From the NCBI GenBank assembly GCA_026770705.1, contig JANJGN010000301.1, forward strand, positions 310,001 through 374,000: DNA of 64,000 nt, read 5' to 3'. The translations under genes and the position numbers were made by a program. Source of the DNA: Isurus oxyrinchus (taxonomy: Eukaryota). Shown here one piece after another: positions 1 through 10,604 of the stretch. How positions within the stretch are numbered: the stretch's first letter is position 1; each line of letters opens with the position of its first letter. Under the pieces are notes generated by a model. It saw only the letters and a list, made by a program, of their open reading frames with translations. It made no database searches and was not told the DNA's origin.

Positions 1-384
1 GCGTTCTCCGTCTTCTCAATAACCAATTGGCCCCGTTTGTCCGCAGTGGAAAGTTCCAATTCGAATCGGTCTTTTCTCTCTTTGCCAGATGAGAAGCTGC
101 TTATAATAAACTCCAGTCCCTGACCAGATTTCTGTTTGTACCAGTACATTCCGTAAGTATTGGACATGTCATAGCTGCAGTTTAACTGCAGTGAATCCCC
201 GCTCTGTACGTTTCCCGCAGTGGGAAATTGGGACACTTGTTCCGAGCGACATCGACCTGTAAAAACATTCAGACTTTGAGTCATTGGAGAAACGTCTGCA
301 TAAATAGACACTCTCTACAGGTTACAGAATAAATCCCCTATACTTACAAGTTAGCAGCACTAGAATGACAGAGAGTAGATTCAT
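1..384 (-). CDS. TCR alpha/delta-type V segment (V1); 3' end and RSS lie beyond the window start; open as far as visible
   Basis: Leader 384-348 (MNLLSVILVLLT, donor GTAAGT). V exon from 256 after ttttacag: CRCRSEQVSQFPTAGNVQSGDSLQLNCSYDMSNTYGMYWYKQKSGQGLEFIISSFSSGKERKDRFELELSTADKRGQLVIEKTEN... Conserved Cys and WYKQ, no stops. Confidence 0.85.
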
Positions 385-1519
385 TTGTGTCGCGTAGTGT
401 ATCCTTACAATGAAAGTGTCAGTAAAAAAAGGAATCCCAGCTCACATCAGCAGAGGACGGAGCGTCTGAACGAAGTCAATACTCGGTTAATGTGACAGGC
501 AGGGATAATGTTCCAGTCACGTGGTTTTTCTGCTCTTAGATTGGTTGGAAATAGACTTGTTCTCGTGACGTAAGGATGTCGTTTTTGACCCCCTGCTCCT
601 TTCTCCATCGGTTCCCATCGGAACATGCCAAATGTCGAATCACCAGGAATTTCCTTTACTCCCTGTGGCGGGAAGTGAGCGGAACATAATAACTTTGAGA
701 CACTGATTCTGCAAAGGGACAAACATAGGCTCCGGGTGTTGGTAAATATTTGAATTTCTACAACGTTTGTCTAAAGGAATGAAGGCAGCCCGTTATTAAA
801 ATCCCATCTTATCAGTTCTGGTGCTGGAATTGCACATTCGAACTCCAATAGCTGCAAGTTTTCTGAATCTGGATCGGGAAAGAATTGAAGGAGAAACGCA
901 CTGGCGCTTCTCAATAATTAATCATGCACCTGTGTACAGCTCCTGGGAGCATTGACGGTGCAGCTGGTTCAAAGCCCCCTAGGGCCAGGAAAAGGGTGTG
1001 GTCCAGATAACAGGAAGGGAGCGAAAGCTGGGTGTGAAAGTCTGCCCTAGCAGCTTTTACACAAATTAACACAGGATGTGATGCGGGGAAAGAAGCCAAA
1101 TGCAGGATGGGGTCGGTTTATCATTTTCAATTTCCGCTCACTTTCCCAAGGAACACTTCTCATAATTTATGACAACGGTTCTGGCCCTTCTGCACATAAA
1201 TCCTCTTGATCTGTTGCCCCTCGTGGTTTGCTCTCAGAAACTCCTGTGAGTGAACTTCACTCGATAAGTGGACGTGGTTGCATAAAGAATTCTCGAATCA
1301 TCTTCGATAAATTCCGGGGCCAGTAGAAGAAAGTCTTCGTCAGCAGGTGGCGACAGTGATCTATTGACATCAGAATGATAGAGAAACCAATTTTGTTGAA
1401 CACATAGCAGAAAGCAACATTACATTGTTACCAATATTGGTATCACATAGATTACTGCTCAGCCTAATTTTAGGAGAACATTTATCGCTAGAAATTATCT
1501 GAAGGAGAAGTAATTAATG

Positions 1520-1910
1520 TGTTTATTTGAATCCACACCTTCAGAAGGATGTCATCGTCTTGGGGTGGGTCGAGAATAGATTTATGAGAATTACACCAGA
1601 GATGAGGGACCTCGGTTATGTGAAGAGATTAGAGAAACTGGGATTGGCCTGCTTAGAGCAGAGATTGTGAAAGGGTGTAATTGATGTGTTTACATTTATG
1701 AAGGCTTTTGACAGAGTTGTTCATGAGATATTGATACTTCTGGAAGGAGGATCAGTAGCCACTGCACCCAGAATTCAGACAATTCGTAAAGAACAAAGGC
1801 AAAAATTAGATTTTTTTTTATGCAGCGAGTTGTTATGAGCTGAAGTATCTTTCCCAGTATGGAAAATGAAGCATAATTAGCTTCACTTTCAAAAGGAAAC
1901 TCCGGTATAT
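1520..1910 (+). mobile_element. Decayed CR1-type LINE 3' fragment
   Basis: Similar by eye to the RT C-terminus/3' region of the CR1 at 44.6-45.2 kb. Confidence 0.6.
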
Positions 1911-1914
1911 AAAT

Positions 1915-2022
1915 CAGTAATATTGACCACGGCCACTATCACCAATTGTTGTAAAAACCTATCTGGTTGACTACAATGCTTGAGGAAAAGTAATCTGCCG
2001 TCCTTACCTGGCCCAGCCTACA
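1915..2022 (+). mobile_element. SINE internal fragment
   Basis: ttgttgtaaaaacctatctggtt...gaggaaaagtaatctgccgtccttacctgg, the same core as the SINEs at 14.0, 28.6 and 57.8 kb. Confidence 0.6.
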
Positions 2023-2594
2023 TAGAAATATATCAATCACCAAAACTCAACAGGCTGAGATGATTAACACAACGTGGAGATTCATGCGATGCACAAGTCG
2101 AAAGTTTCCTTTTGCCTCTCCAGGCAAAACTCAAATTTGTTTTAGCGTTTCACAATGTCATCTTTTTCCACAGTCCTTTTCATTGTTTAAGATTCAGGGC
2201 GTAACTGTAGCGCAGTGCGAATAATTTAATGTAAAGGCAAGTGTTGCAACAGGATTATGTTGACGTTTTCACTGTGTCTCGAAACAACGAAATGAAATAG
2301 ATCAATGCTCAGTAAAGTGACCGTGGGGTATAATCCCACAATGATAAAGCTTTCCTCACACTAATGACTGCACTCATTGAGTGACTGTCATCTCAGTCCG
2401 ATACTTTATGACGTGACTGAGCTTTCTAATCAAAACAGTTCTTAACTGAGCGTTAGATACACGCTTTGCACTGTCATTACCCACGGCAGCACCGCTCACA
2501 GCCTCGCTCTGCTGCTCTAGTTCTGTACTGTTTTGCCTGCCCTGTGTTATTGGAGATATTGCTGCAGCTGTTCGAGAACTGCAAACAGGAGCGA

Positions 2595-3043
2595 GGATTT
2601 TATACACTGACTGCCGACTTTCCTCTCAGTGTGAGGCCCCATCGCACAGTAAAACATAGTGGTAAGCGCGCTCTCGTGTTCCCAATAACCCCGTTTCTCT
2701 GCAATGGAAAGAACCAATTGAAATCATTCTCCCTCTTTTCCCTGTAAGGGATTGCTTGCTCTATTACCCAGTCAAGTCTGTGATCGGATTTGCGTTTGTA
2801 TCAAAGCAGGGGCATAAATACTGGAGACGTCATAGCTGCAGTTTATGTGAAGCAAAGCCCCGCTGAGGGCTGTTCTACAAGCCTGAGACTGCAGCACACG
2901 ACCCGAGAGATATCGACCTCTTCAAGCATCCAAACAATGAGACACGGGAGCAAGGTGAATACAAAAATTAAACCCTTGATTTATTGAGTACAGATCCTGT
3001 ACCTACATATTAGTAGAATCAGAATGACGAATGATAGATTCAC
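2595..3043 (-). pseudogene. TCR V pseudogene (V2) with degenerate 23-RSS
   Basis: Leader start is GTG (3043). Decayed V exon ending FYCAMGP. RSS CACACTG (2633-2627), 23 nt, ATAAAATCC (2603-2595). Confidence 0.8.
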
Positions 3044-3634
3044 TACATCCCTGCAAATCAAATGTCAATAAGGAAACGACACACAACTCACATCAGGAGA
3101 ACACGAGCTGAGGGAAGCACATTGAATGATCTAATTAATGTCAGAGACACCCAATTGAATTCTCTGTCACGTGGGTTTTCTGCTTTTGGATTGATTGTAA
3201 ATGAATATTCTTCCCTCACGATGCAATGTTATTGATTGTCTGCTCCCTTCACCAGCGGTTTGTTGTCTAAAGACCACTTTGCCCTTATAGAGGGTATTGA
3301 GGGGAACAAAATCACTTTGGGATGGTGACCGTTGAAACTGATTTCTCTGGCGCCCTAAGTTCGAATCCAGTAAAATCCTTTCCAACACAGTAGATGGAGC
3401 ATGTTTAACACTACCGCGCAGAGGAGTAAACTCATTCAGCCCAGACTGAATAACCAATTTGTTCTAGGGTAAATAGAGTTGTAAAACCACATGCCATAAA
3501 GGAGTAAGCATATTCAGGACAGTCTGAACAACGTATTCTGTTTAGGATGGATGTGGAACTGTACATCATATGTGAATCAAAACATTTCAGAGAACAAATA
3601 GACGTGTAGAGCTTGTCTGATAGGAGCCTGCAAT

Positions 3635-4062
3635 AGATATTGTATTGGAGCACTCAGTCTTTGTCTCACAGTGCCTCGTTGCACAGAGATACGTTCCAGC
3701 ATCTGACACCATGGTACTGCCAATGCCGAGAATGTTTTAACTTTTTGTTGGGTCAACAAAGAGCGTGAACGGACCGTTATTGGTGTTGCCGCTGAAAGCA
3801 TATAGGATAAATTTCGGGACACGGCTCTCCAGTTGCCTGTACCAGTTGGTCCTGTACAAATCTCTGGTCGTTGCATTGCACCGGATTTCAATCGATTGTT
3901 ACTCTTGTGCAAACATCAGCTATGGTTGGTGAATCGCTGCCTAAATATTGAGAATGAAGGACAAGGAAATGAGAAACAAAGAAATAACAAAAAACATCAC
4001 ACCGAATTTAGCATAAAACGCTCACCTCAAATCAACAATTGTAAAGTCACTGTTTCATTCAT
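3635..4062 (-). pseudogene. TCR V pseudogene (V3), paralog of the intact V at 30.6-31.0 kb
   Basis: AAIHQP*LMFAQE*QSIEIRCNATTRDLYRTNWYRQLESRVPKFILYAFSG... has three in-frame stops, plus TGA in the leader. RSS CACTGTG-23-ACAATATCT. Confidence 0.88.
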
Positions 4063-5829
4063 TGCATTTTCCTGAATTTTATGCCTTGTAGATCTGGAAT
4101 ATTATAGGAAAATCGATTAAGTTTGGGATGATTTTGATGTGCAATCGATTATAATATTTCCTGCTTGGTATGAAGGTAAGCGCCTCTTATGCGTTCGCCA
4201 AGGGACAGGGAACAATCCAATGATGCGATCTGTATCTCTTAGTCTCACTGACACGCCCTCTGGTGCCCTTATTTCCCATTACTTGGCTTCAAACAACACT
4301 GATCTCTCAGAACCAGCAGAAAATAGTGACGTGCTGAGTCAGATGCTTGCATTTTAAAATATTGGACCTAGGTTGAAAGCTAGCCTAGGCTGAGTGTGAT
4401 GGAAGCCTCTGATGGGAACCAATTAGGTCGACGGGACAAACAATGGCCTTTCACTAGCACCAATTTGATTCAAACCCAAATGGAGGCATGAATTACGGGC
4501 ATATGTTTTCTGATGGGGGATGTGCACATCCGTGCTGTTGATTCTAGTAACTCCTCCATTCAAATAGAAGTCATGAGTCGAGTAAAGCAGCATATGACTT
4601 TGGGTGGGAAATGGCTTAACTTCAACAGTGCAGCTTTGAGGCTTGTTGGTGTGGCAGAGCCCTGTACACGTGTGGCGCAGATTGCACTGGCTGCAAAGGC
4701 GCAACAATAACGGTCACCCAACCCAAGCCAAAGATATGCATTGGAAATATTTTCAACCCATCACAAACCATCGATGCGCCATCTGGTTGCCCAAAAGGGT
4801 AACTATTTGTTCTTGAAGCATGTCACCGTCCCTGCAGAACCTGAGTGCAAATTAAGTGCTGAAAATCCACTCTACTACTGAGAGTTTCCTTCACCGTCCG
4901 AGATGCCATGTTTTGGGTGAAGCTTCAAACAGATGCCCCATCTGCCATTTATGGTGGATGTAATTTGACGCCTGGCAGCATTTTGAAGAAGGGAAGTTAT
5001 CCCCAATGGCCTGGACAATGTTTATTCCTTAATCAACATCACAATTACAGATTATCCGGTCAATGTCACATTGCTGATTGTGGGATCTTGCTGTGCGCAA
5101 TTTAGCTTCCTGCATTGCAACAGTGAATATAGTTCGAAAGCACTACATTGGCTGAAAAGCACGTTGAGACATCCGTTTGCCTTGAAACAGGGAGAGACAT
5201 TGGGGAAGTGACAGAGGGCGAGATAGAAAAAGCAACCCAGAAAGGGATGCCGGAGAAAGACTGAGGGAGAGGCAGGGAGGGAGACAGAGACAACTGGAAG
5301 GAAATGAAGGAGGGAAGTGGAGAACAAAGTTTGGAGCAACAAGGATAGAGGGACAACCTGGAGAGAAAAGGGGCAGAAGTACAGGGATAAAGTTCTAGGT
5401 AGAGACAGAGAAAGAAGAAAAGTGAAATAAAGGAAATCAGAAAATGTTAGAGAGACAATGAGATAAAAAGAGGGAGAGATAGTGAGAGGCGACAGAACAA
5501 GGAGGTAAATAGACGAAGATACAGTGAGGTCGGAAACCTTAGATTCCGAGAAACGGAAAGAAATGCATGAAGAGTCAACGGGAGAAAGAGAGGGAGAGAC
5601 AGTGAGAGAGACAGTGATTAAGATGGAAGCAGGAAGTCCAGGAAAGGGAATTAGATCAGTAATATAGGGAGATAAAAATAGCACATCATCCGGAAAGAGT
5701 TTATCTCGAAGTATATTTATTTAAACTGTGACCGCAAGTTGACACTGATTTAATCGAGTAAAATATAACTTTAGGAATAAGATCAAGAGATAGATGTTCG
5801 CTCAGACACCCGCTAGAGATTCACTTGTA

Positions 5830-6045
5830 ATGGGTTTTTCCCTTGCTCCTGCACCTCTGTTGTCCCCCAAAGATCTATCCTTGGTGCCCTCTGATTTCTA
5901 ATCTGCATGAAGCTCCTTGGCGGCAACATCTGAAAACACAACCTTTGTTTTCACATGTACGCTGACAACGCCAAGCTCCACCGCACCACAACATCCCTCG
6001 ACTGCTCCCCTGCTGCTAAATTATCAAACAGCTTATCCACCTTAC
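5830..6045 (+). mobile_element. L2-like LINE RT fragment
   Basis: Encodes a YADNAKL RT motif; homologous to 33.76-34.0 kb. Confidence 0.6.
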
Positions 6046-6454
6046 AATGAGGCATAGCCATGATCGTCTGAATGGCCTCATTTTCTTGATCTAAGATTCA
6101 ATGATTCTACTTCTTTCACGTCCCTCCCAACCTATTTGTTCTCAGTCCCTTGAAGAGTGAGCAGGAGCAGGATGATCAGTGGCCTTGAAGGTTCAACCGT
6201 CGCTATTTCCGCTCCATGTGTTCCGAACGCCGCTCATTTCGGTCAACGTTGAGCCTGCAGTATCCCCGCCCACAGTTTCCTTTTGTTGCTCTCACTCGGA
6301 CCGGATTGTCTTCTTGGCGAGATTGCTGCTGCTGGACTATTCTTGACATTTGTTGCATCAGCAGTGCAATAGGACAGAGATTTGTATTTCCGCTCCGACA
6401 GAGAATTTCTCGCACTGCAGACTTACACAATCAGAAAGTATCATTGGGATCAGT

Positions 6455-7020
6455 CTCGCTCCGCTGTTCATCATTATGTCACTTCTCATTAAGTATTTCC
6501 TTCCCAGTAAAACAAAAATCCCCTAATTAATGTAACACATATTATTGTTGGTAGAATAAAAGTGATGGTTTTGATGCCGATTATATTGATCAATATGAGA
6601 CTGACCCTGATTTGTGTTCATGCTATTGTTTTATATTAGAATGGAGCCACCAAGACACAATGGAAGTCTTGATGAAATAACGGTTGAAGGAGAAAGTAAG
6701 GCCACATTAGCCTGATGTTGAAAACAGGCGATTCTATCCCTTATGTGCACTGGTACAATCGGACCCCGGGCAGCCTCCAGAGTACATGCTTCGTATCCTG
6801 GGATGGAAACTATGCAGACACACCGACATCACTAATCGCTTTTCAGCAACGTTCAATAAAACTGCCAACATTGCCGAGCTAATATAAAAACAAAATACTG
6901 CGGATGATGGAAATCCAAATTCCAATGATCGGCAGCTCTGTAATCTCTGTCAGCGCGATATATTTCTGTGCCATGCAGCCCACACTGCAGCAGAGATATA
7001 ACGGATGCCGTACCAAACCC
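6455..7020 (+). pseudogene. TCR V pseudogene (V4, plus strand) interrupted by a short Penelope-terminus insert
   Basis: ...YVHWYNRTP/QPPEYMLRILG...RFSATFNKTANIAEL[insert]IGSSVISVSAIYFCAMQP. CACACTG at 6981-6987, 24-nt spacer, ACCAAACCC. Confidence 0.8.
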
Positions 7021-7046
7021 CCACACTGAGAGTTCCAGTTAGTGCT

Positions 7047-7060
7047 CAGCAGAGGGCGCT
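7047..7060 (+). promoter_or_regulatory. CTCF-binding-element-like motif just 3' of the V4 RSS
   Basis: CAGCAGAGGGCGCT matches the CTCF core; paralogous copy at 8381-8394. Confidence 0.5.
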
Positions 7061-7862
7061 CTCACGCCAATAAACAGAAACAATAATCCCGCTTCCACAG
7101 TCAGTCAGAGGAACCGTCGGAACATTGCAACAAAACGCAACCCCCTACAAGAACAGACAATGACCACTTCAGCAGTAATATCAATGTGCGATTTTAGCAG
7201 CACACCTAATAAAAATGAACATTACGAATCGATCTATGACGCTTGAACTCACCTTTATTTTCCTTGGATGCCTTTGCCTATCGACTTGTGTTTTTTCAAT
7301 CCCTGACTCCATCTGTCACCATATTTTCAGACATTTCCTTCTGCCAGTCTTTGGTTTAAACGTTTCAGAGAATTGATAGTTGTGTATAATTCAGCTCAGG
7401 ACTATTCTAGCCAAGCTGCACATTGGTTCAGCCGTAGTATTATCCGAGGTTGCTAATGAAGATTTCCTTCGTTATTGAGCAATTTACTAACTCTGGTCCG
7501 CCAGTGTCCACCCTGCTCTTACCCAATATGGAATGAATGTGAAAGAACCGCAACTCCTATCGACAGGCAGAATTATTTGATTTTCGAAGGGGCCATTATT
7601 GTTGAATTCAGATCCTTGCAGATGGATTCGATGTGTGTCGACACTGCCTGCTCCAATCCCGCCCAAATTTTCCGTTTTCTGCCGTCGCTCTGGCCCGCCT
7701 GGCCTGCCCTGTGTTATTGGACAGATTACTGCCACTGTTCTCAGTTTGGCATTGTTTGGGTCAGAATGTCAGTGGGCCGGGACTCGGTATTTCTGCTCTG
7801 GCAGAGGATTTCCAGACTGCAGAGTTACAGAGGGAATGATCATCATGGGGAAACATACTGGA

Positions 7863-8355
7863 ATGCTCCTCATTATTATGTCACTTCTCAATAAGTATTT
7901 CCCTTTCCAGTTAAACTCTATTCTCCCCCTCAGCGCTGTAACCCACATTTTATTGTTAATGCACTAATAATGATGCTCTCGATGATGAGACCGTGACTAT
8001 CATTAATATATATGTCAGAATTGAGCCACCAACACACAGTAGAATAGTCGGCTGCTGAAATGACGGCTGGAGAGGGAAGTAATATCACCGTGAAATGCAC
8101 CTTCAAAACAAGCTATTCTAAGAGCTTTGTACTGTGATGCAATCAACATCCTAGGCGCCCTCCACTGTCCACCCTCTCCCTAGATGGATAGAAACCTGGA
8201 AATTCTACTTTGCGGACCGATTTTGTTCTAGGCTTATTGAAATTGCTAAGTTCACCGAGTTAACGATTAGTAAACCTCGGACCTACGACTGCGGTGCATT
8301 TCTGCATCTTGATCCTACACTGCTGGAGAGATACAGCGGATGTCGGTCAAAAGCC
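7863..8355 (+). pseudogene. TCR V pseudogene (V5, plus strand), tandem paralog of V4
   Basis: Leader MLLIIMSLL with donor mutated to ATAAGT. Exon ELSHQHTVE*SAAEMTAGEGSNITVKCTFKTSYSKSFVL*CNQHPRRPP... Degenerate RSS TACACTG-24-TCAAAAGCC. Confidence 0.75.
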
Positions 8356-8589
8356 TACAGCGACAGATCCCGTTACTGCTCAGCAGAGGGCGGTCTCACA
8401 ATGGCAAACGGAAGCAATAATTCAACCTCCGGTGCGAGCGTCCGAGGTATCTTTCCAGAAGTGCAATAAAACAAAAAACGTAACCAGAACTGGTGAAGTC
8501 CACTTGCAGAACGATATTGCTTTATGATTTCAATTCGCAACTGAACTGAAGATAAACCTCAGATATGCAGCTATGGATCTTTAACTGAC

Positions 8590-8730
8590 GAAACCAGAAA
8601 CTACTGGGGAAATTCTAACTTCGGCAGCATCTGCGAAGAGAGATGCGGAGTTAACGTTTGGAGTCTAAAATCACTCCTGGTCAGGGCTGAGGAGGGGTAA
8701 GAATGTGGTGGGTTTTATGCGGTTACAAAA
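8590..8730 (-). mobile_element. Old Penelope pseudo-LTR relic with a decayed hammerhead motif
   Basis: cggcagcatctgcgaagagagatgcggagttaacgtttggagtc... resembles the reverse complement of 42.05-42.15 kb. Confidence 0.5.
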
Positions 8731-10099
8731 CACTTTTAACTGACTGTACCTCTTTCAACTTATTTGTCCTCTCCGTCTCTTTTTGCTGCCTGTTTCCAGA
8801 GTTCACACAGAATTACTGAACACTCCTTCTTCCAGTTTTTATTTTAATGATATAAAACCTTTGTTTCTACTCGGAAAATGAATTGAGAACTGCCACAAAG
8901 CAGCTTCTCACAAACAGGGACTGTTTCTGATCAATCTTTCAAACTCTATGCATTGGCATCTGAAAACTTACAGAATATCCAGCAGAGGACGGCAGATCAC
9001 AGCATCCTTCTTGCTGATTACAGCACAAGCAGTGATCTAAAAACACTGGATTAAATGGAAGTTTAATAAGTGAAATCAACTTGTCTTAATAGGTTGGAGA
9101 CGGTATGATCGTAAGAAAAAAATTGCATTTAGAAGGTTTGGAAGCTGTTATTATGCACAGGGCAGAGTAAGTGAGTGGAAGGTGCAACTAATGAGAAATA
9201 ATATGAAAATGTAAATGCAAAACCCGCCCTGAGGTCTTGTTTCTGAACTTTTTGACTGGAAATATTTCGACGCCATATCTATTTCCACTATGAGGAAAGG
9301 CTTTCCTGGAGGCTGGCGTTGAGCTCTACGTAATTAGGTATCGCTTTACATGTCCGCTGCGGGCTGTAACAATGCTCTCTGAGCTTAGCCCCCGTAAATT
9401 TGAGCTGATGAGTGCCAAATTGCTGAAAAGCGCAAACCCGGCGCTCCCGCCATTCTCTCTCACAGCAAACCTAAAACCTGAGAGTCATGGCTGATTAAAT
9501 AAATGAGTAACGATACAACGAGGACTGCAAAGAACCAAATAGAATTCAATCGTTCAAAACTGAAGTGGGCAGTGAGCAAATATCTGTTTACATTAGGAGA
9601 GTATTTTGCCTGTTCAAGTATTTGCATCGTAACAACCGGTATCGTTGTTCTAATATTAGAAATCACTCCACAAAATATTTAATCATAGCCAGGTTACTAC
9701 TGAAGTGGTTCATCGGGGAAATCTCACTGGAGTCACGGTTGCTGGTTTCCTGGCAGTAAGACTAAAAGAATTATAGTGAACGAACTGACCCGGAAAAAAA
9801 AACAAAGCTCTGAAAAATTCTGTGTTTGACAGTTGAAATATCCAGACATTGCTTGAATTGTCACCGTCTCTCCTGTAAAACGGACACAGTCTCCCAATGA
9901 GGACAGTAATGGAACCCCAGCTCAGGGCGTTTCCATTCACTGGCAGCTGGCTCACCATCTACCGGTTTCACAGCACCACTGGGGACATGATGAAGTGAGG
10001 TGAGAACATCCTGAGACATGACAACAGATTATTGAGGGTGGAGATTAGAACGGGTGTCTTCAAATATCCGACTCCCCTTTTACAGCGCGGACAACGACA

Positions 10100-10565
10100 A
10101 TGCGGCTCCTCAGCATTTGCGTCATGTGGGGAGCATTTCTTAGAGTTAATTGTGGATTAAACACATTTCATCTTTTCACTGATTTTAAAAACATGCCTTA
10201 AATTGAACTGTAAACACTTTTCTATGTGATTTTTTTCTGTTTGAACATATTTTTTCAGATGCGATTCATAGAGATTCTGTCACTCAGCTGCTGTCCTTAG
10301 GTGTTAAGACAGAAGGAGAAGCGGTGACTTTATACTGTACCTATGATACTACAATGAGTAGCTATTCTTTATTCTGGTACCGGCAACACCCAGACTCCCA
10401 GCCTGAGTTTATATTGAGGAAATACAAAGGCGGTAATGAAGATAAAGCAGATTTTGCTAAAAGCCGTTTCTCTGCAGAGATCCAGACCTCGACTAAATTC
10501 ATCAGTTTGAGCATCTCGGGTCTTCTGCTGACTGACGCCGCCGTGTATTACTGCGCTATCAGACT
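10100..10565 (+). CDS. TCR delta/alpha-type V segment (V6); open V exon and canonical RSS, but defective leader splice donor
   Basis: Leader 10100-10145 MRLLSICVMWGAFLR+G is followed by TTAATT instead of GT. Exon from 10259: DAIHRDSVTQLLSLGVKTEGEAVTLYCTYDTTMSSYSLFWYRQHPDSQPEFILRKYKGGNEDKADFAKSRFSAEIQTSTKFISLSISGLLLTDAAVYYCAIRL. Confidence 0.88.
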
Positions 10566-10604
10566 CACAGTGATGGAAGGCAGCCTGACCCCTGTACAAA
10601 AACT
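10566..10604 (+). other. 23-RSS of V6
   Basis: CACAGTG, 23 nt, ACAAAAACT. Confidence 0.95.

Noticed and set aside
5052-5684. 210-aa hydrophobic minus-strand ORF (similar ones at 16.8-17.2, 32.6-33.6 and 55.9-56.4 kb)
   Set aside because: Artefact of GA/CT-rich low-complexity sequence; no domain motifs.
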